From: Armatimonadota bacterium
GTDB lineage: Bacteria; Armatimonadota; SYMT01
Assembly: GCA_041690135.1 (NCBI GenBank)
Contig: JAWLHY010000006.1
Coordinates: 96,001-160,000 of the forward strand
Direction of reading: 5' to 3'
DNA length: 64,000 nucleotides
Within the stretch, counting starts at the first letter, position 1; each line of letters starts with the position of its first letter. A program made the translations under genes and the position numbers. The notes below the pieces were generated by a model. It was not told where the DNA came from. It saw only the letters and a list, made by a program, of their open reading frames with translations, and did no database searches. Shown in pieces: positions 18,999-27,729 of this stretch.

Positions 18999-20058
18999 GG
19001 CGTTGGAAAAAACCAGCCGCTGTCGACCCGGTAAACATCTGTTGGGAACCGGGTTGGCTGCGGTTCTCAGCCTCTCGCTGATGAGTTGCGGCAGCGTGCC
19101 GTCTGGCCGGAATGCGAGTGGCGTGACAGCCGATCCGCCTTCTTCGCCCCAGGCGAAAACCACGGCCACCGATGCGCCGCGCGCGTACCAGGGTCCCGCC
19201 TTCGATGCCGACCGCGCTTTCAAGCAATTGGAGAAGCAGGTAGCCTTCGGGCCGCGCGTCCCGAATCTGCCGTCCCACCGCGCCTGCCGCGACTACCTGG
19301 TCGACATCCTGAAGCCCCTGGCCGACAAGGTGGAGCTGCAGAAGTTCGACCGCCGGGTCGGCGGTAAGACGCTGGCAATGAGCAACATCATCGCCACCTG
19401 GCCGGGCGAGGGAGGGAAGAGCCAGGGCGAGAAGCCGGGTAAGGAGGGCGTGCTGCTCTGCGCGCACTGGGACACCCGTCCCACTGCCGATTACGAGGCG
19501 ACCGCGGAGAAGCGAAAGACCCCCATTGCCGGCGCCAACGATGGCGCTTCCGGGGTCGCTGTGTTATTGGAGGCCGCGCGCCTCTTCAAGCGGACCCCGC
19601 CGCCAGTGCCGGTTACGATCGTCCTCTTTGACGGCGAAGACTTCGGCCCCGGCATCGAGAACATGTTCCTCGGCTCGAAGCACTTCGCCGCCAATCTGCC
19701 CGCCGACGTTCCCCAGCGCGGCATTCTGCTCGACATGGTGGGCGATAAGGAACTGCGAATCCCGCAGGAACAATACTCGCTGACCCGCGCGCGCGATGTC
19801 GTGGCGCAGGTCTACGGCATTGCCGGGCGGCTCGGGTACAGGCAGCAGTTCCCGGAAGAGGTGGGCCAGGCCATCGAGGACGACCACGTCCCCCTCCTGC
19901 GTCGCGGACTGCAGGTGATCGACCTGATTGACTTCGATTACGGTCCCGGCCACTCCTGGTGGCACACGCTGCAAGACACCCCCGACAAGTGCAGCCCCGC
20001 CTCCCTCAAGGCCGTCGGCGACGTTGTCGTCGAATGGGTCTACTCCCAGGGTAAGTGA
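18988..20058 (+). CDS. M28-family peptidase / glutaminyl-cyclase-like lipoprotein
   Basis: CAHWDTRP, GANDGASGV, FDGED, LDMVGD, EDDHVP, WWHT; lipobox-like LMSC. Start uncertain. Confidence 0.88.
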   Translation: MPPEALEKTSRCRPGKHLLGTGLAAVLSLSLMSCGSVPSGRNASGVTADPPSSPQAKTTATDAPRAYQGPAFDADRAFKQLEKQVAFGPRVPNLPSHRACRDYLVDILKPLADKVELQKFDRRVGGKTLAMSNIIATWPGEGGKSQGEKPGKEGVLLCAHWDTRPTADYEATAEKRKTPIAGANDGASGVAVLLEAARLFKRTPPPVPVTIVLFDGEDFGPGIENMFLGSKHFAANLPADVPQRGILLDMVGDKELRIPQEQYSLTRARDVVAQVYGIAGRLGYRQQFPEEVGQAIEDDHVPLLRRGLQVIDLIDFDYGPGHSWWHTLQDTPDKCSPASLKAVGDVVVEWVYSQGK

Positions 20059-20115
20059 AAGTCCCCCGACCCGATCACGCCCCCCACCCGCCAGGCACCT
20101 CCGTGGCCGGCATGG

Positions 20116-20138
20116 GTGGGGCGGGCGTCTCGCCCGCC
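20116..20138 (+). repeat. REP-like palindrome, family C
   Basis: GTGG-GGCGGGCG-TCT-CGCCCGCC; second copy at 23763-23785. Confidence 0.55.
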
Positions 20139-20499
20139 TGCACTGTGATTATCGCACCACAGCCCCCGCACCGGTGATGCACCCGGTCCTGGTCGGTGTC
20201 GCCGTTCCCGATCAGGACCCTCCCCGTCCAAGATCATGCCCCGCACCTGTAGTGCACCACGGTAGCCGCAGTGCAGACGGTAGGGTCGCGGTCGCTGTCC
20301 CCTACCAGGATCATGTCCTCGCACCCATACTGCACCATGCGCCGCCATCTCGGATGCCAACCGGAGCCGCCGTGTTGGTGCTGATCCCATCGTGCACCAC
20401 ACGTCGCCGTCCCGTCCGCCTCCCGGTGGCACTGCACGATCAGCCGTCCGGTACCTGGACACGATCCGGTCCCGGGACCCATTCTGGCGCGCACCCAGG

Positions 20500-20542
20500 A
20501 AACACAAAGCGGGCGCGGGGAAGAAATCTTCCTCGCGCCCGC
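20500..20542 (-). terminator. Intrinsic terminator of the ompH-like gene
   Basis: Long GC-rich stem GCGGGCGCGGGGAAGA/TCTTCCTCGCGCCCGC followed by TTTGTGTTT on the minus strand. Confidence 0.7.
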
Positions 20543-20568
20543 CCCTACCGATTTCCTAACGACCGTCC

Positions 20569-21219
20569 CTACTTCGGCAGCTTCTTCAGCACATCGTCGG
20601 TCAGGTCAATCCCACCCACGAGCACCGCGGTGCGGTTGTAAACCGTGGTGAACTTCTTCTCTTTTGCCAGCGACTGAACCACCTTCAGGAGTTCGTTCTC
20701 CACTTCCACAAGTAGCTCGGACTCCAGGTCGCGGATCTTATCGCGCCGGTCCGCTTCCGCCTTGGTCAGGAAACGGATAGCGTCCTGGCGCATCTTGGAG
20801 AGCTCTGCGATCCGAGCGGCCTCGGCGTCGGTCGGCTTCTCCTTCTGCCCGAGACTGGCCAACTCGTTCTCCAGGACATCGGAGCGCTTCACCAACGCAT
20901 CCAGGCGAGCCTGCTCCTTCTTGTCCAGCTTAGGCTTGGCCCGCAGCGCGAGGGCTTCCGTCCGCTCGGCATCCGAGCAGTGACGGACCTTGACCAGGAA
21001 CTCCATCTCCTCGGAGTACTTCTTGGCCTGCTCGCGAATGCGGTTCTGGTACTTGGTGAAAGCGGTCGTTTTCCGGTACTCGCCCAGCACCCGATTGATA
21101 TCCACATAGGCTGGGGCATTGGGATCGATCGCGTCCTTTGCGGCTGCCGAGGTCGGCGCCAGCAGTCCCAACGCCAGCACCAGGCCGGCTCCGATCTGTG
21201 CAAAACGCATCAGGCCCAT
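20569..21219 (-). CDS. OmpH/Skp-family outer-membrane chaperone
   Basis: Signal peptide, AYVDINRVL, long coiled coil, C-terminal VLVGGIDLTDDVLKKL. Confidence 0.8.
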   Translation of the reverse strand: MGLMRFAQIGAGLVLALGLLAPTSAAAKDAIDPNAPAYVDINRVLGEYRKTTAFTKYQNRIREQAKKYSEEMEFLVKVRHCSDAERTEALALRAKPKLDKKEQARLDALVKRSDVLENELASLGQKEKPTDAEAARIAELSKMRQDAIRFLTKAEADRRDKIRDLESELLVEVENELLKVVQSLAKEKKFTTVYNRTAVLVGGIDLTDDVLKKLPK

Positions 21220-21269
21220 CGTGATCTCTCCCTGGCGGTCACTCCCGCCGAACTCAGTATCAAAACCAC

Positions 21270-21668
21270 CTAGCTGTCATCGCTCCGCCAGGGAGGTCCC
21301 AACGGCGGTAAAGGGGCCAGGTCTTCCAGGTCGGACTCTTCCGTCACCGGGCTGAAGTCCCCCGGCTTTACGGTGGCGACCACACCCCACCGTTCCCACT
21401 CCTCGCCCCCGGCCGCGAAAGTCATGTAGTAGGCCAGAACACGGCAGCGATAGAGGTCTTGGAGCGTCAGGTGCCCGGCGGCGTACCGGTCCACGGCCCT
21501 CATGAGTATATAGTCGGCCGTCACCTCTGCCCGGTCCGCGGGTCCGAGGATGGCAAGTGCGCTATCCCGGGCCAAATCGGCGGAGTCACATGGGCGCCGC
21601 ACTCCGTACTTCGGGCACAATTCCGCTACTATGCGGAGGCGCTCTTCGCGGGTCAGGCGGTCAGGCAT
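21270..21668 (-). CDS. Hypothetical protein
   Basis: Overlaps the dusB stop, co-directional, protein-like composition. Confidence 0.55.
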   Translation of the reverse strand: MPDRLTREERLRIVAELCPKYGVRRPCDSADLARDSALAILGPADRAEVTADYILMRAVDRYAAGHLTLQDLYRCRVLAYYMTFAAGGEEWERWGVVATVKPGDFSPVTEESDLEDLAPLPPLGPPWRSDDS

Positions 21669-22771
21669 AACTCGGGGGACCGTCCCTGCCGGTATTCCAG
21701 TTGCTCGCCCTGGTCCAGGAGTTCGTCCAGCAGGTCTTCCACTTCGGCCAGCACGTTCACCTGCGTCACCCGCCGCCGCGCCGTAGCCGCGTGGTGGATC
21801 TCCGTGAGGTAGTGAGACAACTGCCCACGCACGCTGGGAGGGAGCGGCGTTTCCCGCGTAGTGGAACCGTACTCCTGGTAGGCCGTGAGGCGCGCGTGTT
21901 GCCGGGTGATCTCCAGCCGTTCCGCGGGGCTAGGCCGCGGCGGTACGGCTCCGGTCGCGAGATAGGTCGCTACTTCCCGAAAAACCCAGGGGTTACCCAG
22001 GGCAGCCCGGCCGATCATCACGGCATCGCAGCCGGTCTCCTGGAACATGCGCTCGGCGTCCTGCGGCGTACAGACGTCCCCGTTCCCGATCACGGGAATG
22101 GTAAGCGCCTCTTTAGCCTCGCGGATGGGGGTCCAATCCGCTTCACCGCGGAACCCCTGGATCGCCGTCCGGCCATGGATGGCAATTGCGGCCACGCCGC
22201 AATCCTGGGCCGCCCGGCCCATTTCCACCGCACTCCCCAGGCAACCGTCCCAGCCGATGCGGGTCTTGATCGTTACCGGCACGGTGCTCGCCTTAACCAC
22301 TGCGGACATCACGGCGGCGGCGCGGTTCAGGTCCTTCAGCAGTGAGGCGCCGGCGCCCGTCTTGGCAACTTTCGGCACCCAGCACCCCATATTGATGTCG
22401 ATGAGGTCGGCGCCCGCCTCGCAGCACATGCGGGCCGCCTCCGCCATCACCTCGGGTTCCGCGCCGAAGATCTGCGCGGAAATCGGGTGCTCCTCGTCCG
22501 TCCACCGGAGGTATTTGAAGCTGCGTTGGTTCTTGTGATAAAGACCGTGGCTGGAGGTCAGCTCGGTGCAAACCAGTCCCGCCCCCATCCGCCGGCACAA
22601 AATGCGGAGCACGCTTCCCGTCTCGCCGGCCATGGGCGCCACGATCACCGGCGGCCAGATGCTGACTCCACCGATCGCCAGTGGCTTCAGTCCCAGCTTA
22701 GCCGCCGGCGACCCGCGCTCGGCTCCGAAGCCGCCCGGCCGTCCCATTCCGTTCAGCAAACTCACACCCAT
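21653..22771 (-). CDS. dusB: tRNA-dihydrouridine synthase DusB
   Basis: APMAG, QIFG, IDINMGCWVPKV, TIKTRIGW, HGRT, GNGDV, VMIGRAALGNPW. Confidence 0.92.
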   Translation of the reverse strand: MGVSLLNGMGRPGGFGAERGSPAAKLGLKPLAIGGVSIWPPVIVAPMAGETGSVLRILCRRMGAGLVCTELTSSHGLYHKNQRSFKYLRWTDEEHPISAQIFGAEPEVMAEAARMCCEAGADLIDINMGCWVPKVAKTGAGASLLKDLNRAAAVMSAVVKASTVPVTIKTRIGWDGCLGSAVEMGRAAQDCGVAAIAIHGRTAIQGFRGEADWTPIREAKEALTIPVIGNGDVCTPQDAERMFQETGCDAVMIGRAALGNPWVFREVATYLATGAVPPRPSPAERLEITRQHARLTAYQEYGSTTRETPLPPSVRGQLSHYLTEIHHAATARRRVTQVNVLAEVEDLLDELLDQGEQLEYRQGRSPELCLTA

Positions 22772-22792
22772 ATCTCTTCGACACCTCTGACA

Positions 22793-23572
22793 TCAACCGG
22801 CGTCGCCGCTCCGGTGCTCGTCCCACAAGATCCGCAGCCCGTCGAGCGTTAAGAAGGGGTCGATGTGATCGATGACTTCCGTATCGCCCGCTATCAACTC
22901 CGCGAGGCCTCCCGTGGCAATGATCTTCGTGTCCGGCCCCAATTCCGCTCGAAAGCGGTTGACCATTCCTTCGAGCTGGCCCAGGAAGCCGTAATAAGCG
23001 CCGGACTGCATGCTCTCGATCGTGCTCGCGCCGATGACCTGGCGCGGCCTCACCAGCTCGATGCGTGGCAGATGCGAGGCCGTGCGGAACAACGCGTCCA
23101 GGGAAATCCCCACTCCGGGAGCAATGGCGCCGCCCAGGTATTCCCCTTCAGCCGAGATCGCGTCAAAAGTCGTCGCCGTCCCGAAATCGACCACCACTGC
23201 CGGCAAACTGTACTTGCGTATCACCGCCACCGCATCCGCCAGGCGGTCGGCGCCCACTGCGGTGGCCGGCGAATAGCGGATTGGGATGCCCGGATGCAGC
23301 ACTTCTCCCACGAACTCCGGTTCGCGCTTGAGATAATGACGAGCGAAATGCCGGATAGCCGGAGCCAACGGTGGCACCACGTTCGAAACCGCCAGGCCGT
23401 GCACCTGGTCGAAAGTCAACCCGGAACTCGCCAGCAGGCTGCGGATGAGCACGGCGTGTTCATCCCCCGTGCGGTCCCGGTTGGTGCTGATCCGCCACGT
23501 GCCCTGCAGCGCCCCATCCTGGTAAACACCCAGGACGATATTTGTATTCCCTACGTCAATCGCGAGCAGCAT
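22793..23572 (-). CDS. coaX: Type III pantothenate kinase
   Basis: LLAIDVGNTN, VGADR, VVDFGTATT, GGAIAPG, IATGG. Confidence 0.95.
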   Translation of the reverse strand: MLLAIDVGNTNIVLGVYQDGALQGTWRISTNRDRTGDEHAVLIRSLLASSGLTFDQVHGLAVSNVVPPLAPAIRHFARHYLKREPEFVGEVLHPGIPIRYSPATAVGADRLADAVAVIRKYSLPAVVVDFGTATTFDAISAEGEYLGGAIAPGVGISLDALFRTASHLPRIELVRPRQVIGASTIESMQSGAYYGFLGQLEGMVNRFRAELGPDTKIIATGGLAELIAGDTEVIDHIDPFLTLDGLRILWDEHRSGDAG

Positions 23573-23762
23573 GAATGCCCCATTATACACGAACGAACCG
23601 AAACCCGAAATCGCATCAGCCCCGCGTGGGAACCCGATCGCATCGCGATGCCAGACGCCTTCTCATCCTCACATAAAGCGACCGGGGACACTCCACGAGC
23701 ATCCCCGGTCCCATCGAGCCTACATATCCCCAATCAGGATCCCGTTCCCGCACCCGCCGAGA

Positions 23763-23785
23763 GTGGGGCGGGCGGCTCGCCCGCC
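23763..23785 (+). repeat. REP-like palindrome, family C
   Basis: GTGG-GGCGGGCG-GCT-CGCCCGCC. Confidence 0.55.
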
Positions 23786-23882
23786 AGCACAATAACGACC
23801 CTGCCCAACTTCCGCACCTGGGTAGGACCGGCTCGCTGCCGCCGACCTTGACACCACATCATCGATCCGTTAGCGCGCCCGT

Positions 23883-23944
23883 CCTTATCCTAATCGTAGT
23901 CCTCATCCTAATCGGCCCTAGCCCCTGGCCCCTAACCCCCGGCC
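23883..23944. repeat. Hexamer array followed by a heptamer array
   Basis: ccttat cctaat cgtagt cctcat cctaat, then ggcccta gcccctg gccccta acccccg; lies next to the dapL stop. Confidence 0.75.
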
Positions 23945-23946
23945 GC

Positions 23947-25182
23947 CTAAAGGGCCAGCCGAGTCCGAATTCGCTCCACGGCTTCCACCGTTGCCTCGCG
24001 ATTGCCGAAGGCCGTCAGACGCAGGTAACCCTCCCCACTGGGACCGAAGCCCGCCCCCGGCGTGCCGACCACGTTGGCTTCGCTCAGGATCTTATCGAAG
24101 AACTCCCAGGAGCCAAGGCCCACCGGAGTCTTCGCCCAGATGTAGGGAGCGTTGCGCCCGCCGTACACCGTTAGCCCGGCCCCCTCGAGCCCTTCGCGGA
24201 TGATCCGCGCGTTCTCCATGTAGTAGTCCACCAACTCGTGAACCTGCTGCCGGCCCTCCTCCGAGTAGACGGCTGCCGCGCCGCGCTGGATGATGTACGG
24301 CACGCCGTTGAACTTGGTGCTCTGCCGCCGCAGCCACAGCGCGTTCAGATCTACGGCGTTGCCCGCGCTGTCACGTCCCTTGCACTCCTTCGGAACGATG
24401 GTGTAGGCACACCGGGTGCCGGTAAAGCCGGCGGTCTTCGAGAAGCTGCGAAACTCGATGGCGACTTCCTTCGCTCCCTCGACTTCGTAAATGGTGTGCG
24501 GGATCTCCGGATCGCGGATGTAGGCTTCGTACGCCGCATCGTAGAGGATGATCGCCTCGTTCTCTCGGGCGTAGTCCACCCACGCCTTCAGTGCTTCGCG
24601 GGTGATAACCGCCCCCGTGGGATTGTTCGGGTAGCAAAGATAGATCAGGTCCACCTTCCGGTCCGGCAAGGCGGGCTGGAAGCCGTTCTCCGCGGTGCAG
24701 GGCAGGTATACCAGGCGGTCGTAGCGGCCGTCATCCGTCGGGCTACCGGCCCTGCCGGCCATCACGTTACTGTCCACGTACACCGGATAGACGGGATCGG
24801 TAAGGGCCACGACGCACTCCGCCCCGAAGATCTCCTGGATGTTCGCGGTGTCGCTCTTGGCGCCATCGCTCACGAAGATCTCGTTGGTCCCGAGGGTCAC
24901 CCCCCGGGCCGCGTAGTCGTGCTCCGCGATATTCTGGCTAAGGAAGTCGTATCCCGGCTCGGGACCGTAACCGCGAAAAGTCTCGGCATGCGCCATTTCG
25001 TCCACGGCCGCGTGCATCGCCTCGATCACGGCTGGAGGGAGGGGCCGGGTAACGTCGCCGATCCCCAGGCGGATGAGCGCCGCGCCCGGGTTGGCCTCCT
25101 GGAATGCCCGGATCCGACGGGCGATCTCCACAAAAAGGTAGCTGCTCTTCAGCTTCAGGTAATTCTCGTTAACGATGGCCAA
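23947..25182 (-). CDS. dapL: LL-diaminopimelate aminotransferase
   Basis: [59 protein letters not shown]; TTG start. Confidence 0.96.
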   Translation of the reverse strand: MAIVNENYLKLKSSYLFVEIARRIRAFQEANPGAALIRLGIGDVTRPLPPAVIEAMHAAVDEMAHAETFRGYGPEPGYDFLSQNIAEHDYAARGVTLGTNEIFVSDGAKSDTANIQEIFGAECVVALTDPVYPVYVDSNVMAGRAGSPTDDGRYDRLVYLPCTAENGFQPALPDRKVDLIYLCYPNNPTGAVITREALKAWVDYARENEAIILYDAAYEAYIRDPEIPHTIYEVEGAKEVAIEFRSFSKTAGFTGTRCAYTIVPKECKGRDSAGNAVDLNALWLRRQSTKFNGVPYIIQRGAAAVYSEEGRQQVHELVDYYMENARIIREGLEGAGLTVYGGRNAPYIWAKTPVGLGSWEFFDKILSEANVVGTPGAGFGPSGEGYLRLTAFGNREATVEAVERIRTRLAL

Positions 25183-25286
25183 CGTGTCTCTCCTCGACAG
25201 GCAAGCAAAACCTGCCTTAGCTTATCACGGGAAAAATCTCGAAAATCGATGCAACGGTCTGTTCCGTCGCTGCGTCTAGGCTTATG

Positions 25287-25391
25287 AAAACCTGATATCC
25301 CCGGCGGCCCCGTAAGCCGTCCGATGGGGACGGGCCCAGTTTAGCCCTCGCGCTCTTGCATCCTTTGGGATGCGGAGTGCGGGGGCTTTTT
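25287..25391 (+). promoter_or_regulatory. Structured 5' leader with an intrinsic terminator upstream of the SigB/F-type sigma gene (candidate attenuator)
   Basis: Bulged hairpin 25298-25330, ACGGGCCCAG, terminator stem 25343-25387 followed by a T-run, 35 bp before the start codon. Confidence 0.65.
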
Positions 25392-25426
25392 GCTTTCTGA
25401 AGTAAGTCACTCGAAGGAGCCTCCCA

Positions 25427-26182
25427 ATGACCCGCGAAGAAGATACCCGCCTCGCCAACCAGCTCTGGGCTGACTACGCTCGCACACACGATCCTCGCAC
25501 TCGCGAAGCCATCGTGCACCAGTTCGAACGGCTCGCCTTCTCCATCGCGAACCGGTTCGCCAAGCGGGGCGTGCAGAACGAGGATCTCTTCCAGGTCGCG
25601 ATGATGGGGTTGGTCAAAGCAGTCGACCGCTTCGACCCCACCACCAACCACCGCTTCAGCACCTTCGCCACCCCGACCATCCTGGGTGAGATCAAACGCT
25701 ACTTCCGGGACCACTCCTGGAACGTCCACGTGCCGCGCGGGATGCAGGAACTGGCACAGCAGGTGAACCGCACCAGCCGCGAGCTCACGGAAAAGCTCGG
25801 CCGCACGCCGACCGCCCAGGAGATCGCAAACCGGCTGGAGCTTCCTGAAGACCGGGTGCTGCAGGCACTCTCGTTGGAGGATATCAACCGGCCGCTTTCC
25901 CTGGACGGCGAGATCGAGACGGGCGACAGCGACCGGCCGAGCGTGCTGGAGCAGAGCCTCGGCAGCGAGGACGGTGCCCTGGCGGTGACGGAGGACAAGG
26001 TCAGTATCCACCAGGCGCTGCGCAACCTGAGCGATCCGCTGCGCGAAGTGATCCAGCTCCGTTATCTGAAGGAGATGAGCCAGCGCGACGTGGCCCGCCG
26101 GATGGGCCTGTCCCAGATGCAGGTCAGCCGTCTGGAGCGCCGCGCCCTCACCGAACTGCGCCAGCAGTTTGCCGTACATTAA
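25427..26182 (+). CDS. SigB/SigF/SigG-family RNA polymerase sigma factor
   Basis: EDLFQVAMMGLVKAVDRFDP, FSTFATPTILGEIKRYFRDH, VHVPR, SQMQVSRLERRAL; AAGGAG RBS. Confidence 0.95.
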   Translation: MTREEDTRLANQLWADYARTHDPRTREAIVHQFERLAFSIANRFAKRGVQNEDLFQVAMMGLVKAVDRFDPTTNHRFSTFATPTILGEIKRYFRDHSWNVHVPRGMQELAQQVNRTSRELTEKLGRTPTAQEIANRLELPEDRVLQALSLEDINRPLSLDGEIETGDSDRPSVLEQSLGSEDGALAVTEDKVSIHQALRNLSDPLREVIQLRYLKEMSQRDVARRMGLSQMQVSRLERRALTELRQQFAVH

Positions 26183-26211
26183 GAGAGGCTCGCCGCGTCC
26201 GTGGAAATTCA

Positions 26212-26667
26212 GTGATGATTAGCAGTACACCACTCCCCACGATGGCCACTTCACCGTTAACCGTCATTCGCATCCCTGGTCCGCACGGGCCGATCCTGCG
26301 GTGCCAGGGAAGCCTCACGGTCTCTACGACCGAGGTCTTGCGGAGGGACCTCGGTCTCCTGTCTTCGTCCGGCCACGGGGGTGTAGTCATCAACCTCAAT
26401 GGCATCCGGCAGATCGATCAGGACGGAGTGCTCGCGCTGGTCGATCTCGCCGAGCCGGGCCGGAGCCGCCTGGTGCTCGCAGTGGCCACCGAACCGACGG
26501 CAGGGTATCTTCATCTCACGGGTGTGGACCGGGTCCTGCCGATCTACCGCACCGAGGCGGAAGCCGTGGCCGCGCTGGCGCGAGAAGATGACACTCCGGA
26601 AGCCGGTCGGGCCGAAGCGCGCGAGCATGCGCTGGCCGTGCTGAAGCACTCAACGCAATTGCAGTAA
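26212..26667 (+). CDS. STAS-domain protein (anti-sigma factor antagonist-like)
   Basis: LRCQGSL, VVINLNGIRQIDQDGV, LHLTGVDRVLPIY...EAVAAL; start uncertain. Confidence 0.8.
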   Translation: MMISSTPLPTMATSPLTVIRIPGPHGPILRCQGSLTVSTTEVLRRDLGLLSSSGHGGVVINLNGIRQIDQDGVLALVDLAEPGRSRLVLAVATEPTAGYLHLTGVDRVLPIYRTEAEAVAALAREDDTPEAGRAEAREHALAVLKHSTQLQ

Positions 26668-26765
26668 CCTCGGTGCGGCAAACCGGCCGCATCGCAACGT
26701 CCTGGATAGTGGAGCAGTACCATCGCAGCTCGAGAGCAATAGAGCGCAAACTCTGTTGCCCGATT

Positions 26766-26793
26766 GGGCCCCTGGATCACAGGGGCCCTTTTT
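26766..26793 (+). terminator. Intrinsic terminator after the sigma-STAS pair
   Basis: GGGCCCCTG-gatca-CAGGGGCCC-TTTTT. Confidence 0.8.
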
Positions 26794-26915
26794 CATGGAG
26801 TGGCCGAGAGCCCGGCGAGATGGACATAATATCCTCGAAAAACACAGGTCAACTGCACGCCCAGCCCCACCGTCGGGCGTCGGTTCAGGCCGAATCTGCA
26901 ATCTCGAGGATACCG

Positions 26916-27527
26916 ATGCCAGAGGGTCATCCCTCCCCCGCTTCCGCCGAACCCCTCCGCATTCTTGTTTGTGAGGACGAGGGCCTCACGGCGCTGCGCC
27001 TGCAGAAAACCCTTTCGAGCATGGGCTACCTAGTCGTCGGCGAGGCGAAAGACGGCGAGGAAGCCGTCCGACTGGCGCGGGCCCTCGGCCCCGACATCAT
27101 CATGATGGATGTGCGCATGCCGAAGCTCGATGGCATCGAGGCGACCCGTCGCATCATGGAGCTGGCGCCCACCGCTATCGTGATGCTGACTGCCTACAGC
27201 GACCAGGAGTTGGTCCAGAAAGCGCTGGACGCCGGGGCTTCCGGATACCTGGTGAAGCCGGTGAAGGACGAACAACTCAAGCCCGCCATCACCGTGGCCC
27301 GTACTTCGTTCGCGCAGTTCCAGGAATTGGGCTCGGAGATCGCCGGGTTGAAGGACACCCTGGAGGCACGAAAGCTGGTGGAGCGGGCAAAGGGAATCCT
27401 GATGCAGCGTCGGAAATACACGGAAGAAGAAGCCTACAAGCAGATGCAGAAGGTCAGCCGGGATCGGCGTCAGTCCCTGAAGGAGACCGCGCAACAAATT
27501 ATTGCCGCCGCGGAACTACTCGGTTGA
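26916..27527 (+). CDS. ANTAR-domain response regulator (AmiR/NasT/PdtaR-like)
   Basis: Receiver domain ILVCEDE...MMDVRMPKLDG...LTAY...YLVKP; ANTAR domain RKLVERAKGILM...EEEAYKQMQKVSRD. Confidence 0.93.
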   Translation: MPEGHPSPASAEPLRILVCEDEGLTALRLQKTLSSMGYLVVGEAKDGEEAVRLARALGPDIIMMDVRMPKLDGIEATRRIMELAPTAIVMLTAYSDQELVQKALDAGASGYLVKPVKDEQLKPAITVARTSFAQFQELGSEIAGLKDTLEARKLVERAKGILMQRRKYTEEEAYKQMQKVSRDRRQSLKETAQQIIAAAELLG

Positions 27528-27533
27528 CGAGCG

Positions 27534-27542
27534 TGCTATAAT
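27534..27542 (+). promoter_or_regulatory. Extended -10 promoter (TGcTATAAT) for the ECF sigma leader
   Basis: Perfect TGn-TATAAT immediately after the ANTAR gene stop. Confidence 0.6.
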
Positions 27543-27564
27543 AGGTCCAGAGATTACCGATTTG

Positions 27565-27690
27565 AACTGAATACCGCTCGCCGCGACCCTGTCCGTCGCG
27601 ATTGGCGAGCACTGGCCAAGAGCGCCGGGCTATGCCTGCTGTCTGACTTTATGTCGGATACGGGGATGGTCGCGGCGTTTTTTCGTTTTT
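27565..27690 (+). promoter_or_regulatory. Structured 5' leader with an intrinsic terminator upstream of the ECF sigma gene (candidate attenuator)
   Basis: Bulged hairpin 27576-27610, ACTGGCCAAG, long terminator stem 27623-27677 followed by TTTTTTCGTTTTT. Confidence 0.65.
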
Positions 27691-27729
27691 CTGGTGCAAA
27701 CAGGGACGGTTGAAGAAAGGGTGACTGCC

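Noticed and set aside
25251-25262. Canonical ANTAR hairpin GCA-ACGGTC-TGT upstream of the SigB/F leader
   Set aside because: The loop has A1/G4, but the stem is weak, no second hexaloop hairpin follows, and it probably lies upstream of the transcription start.
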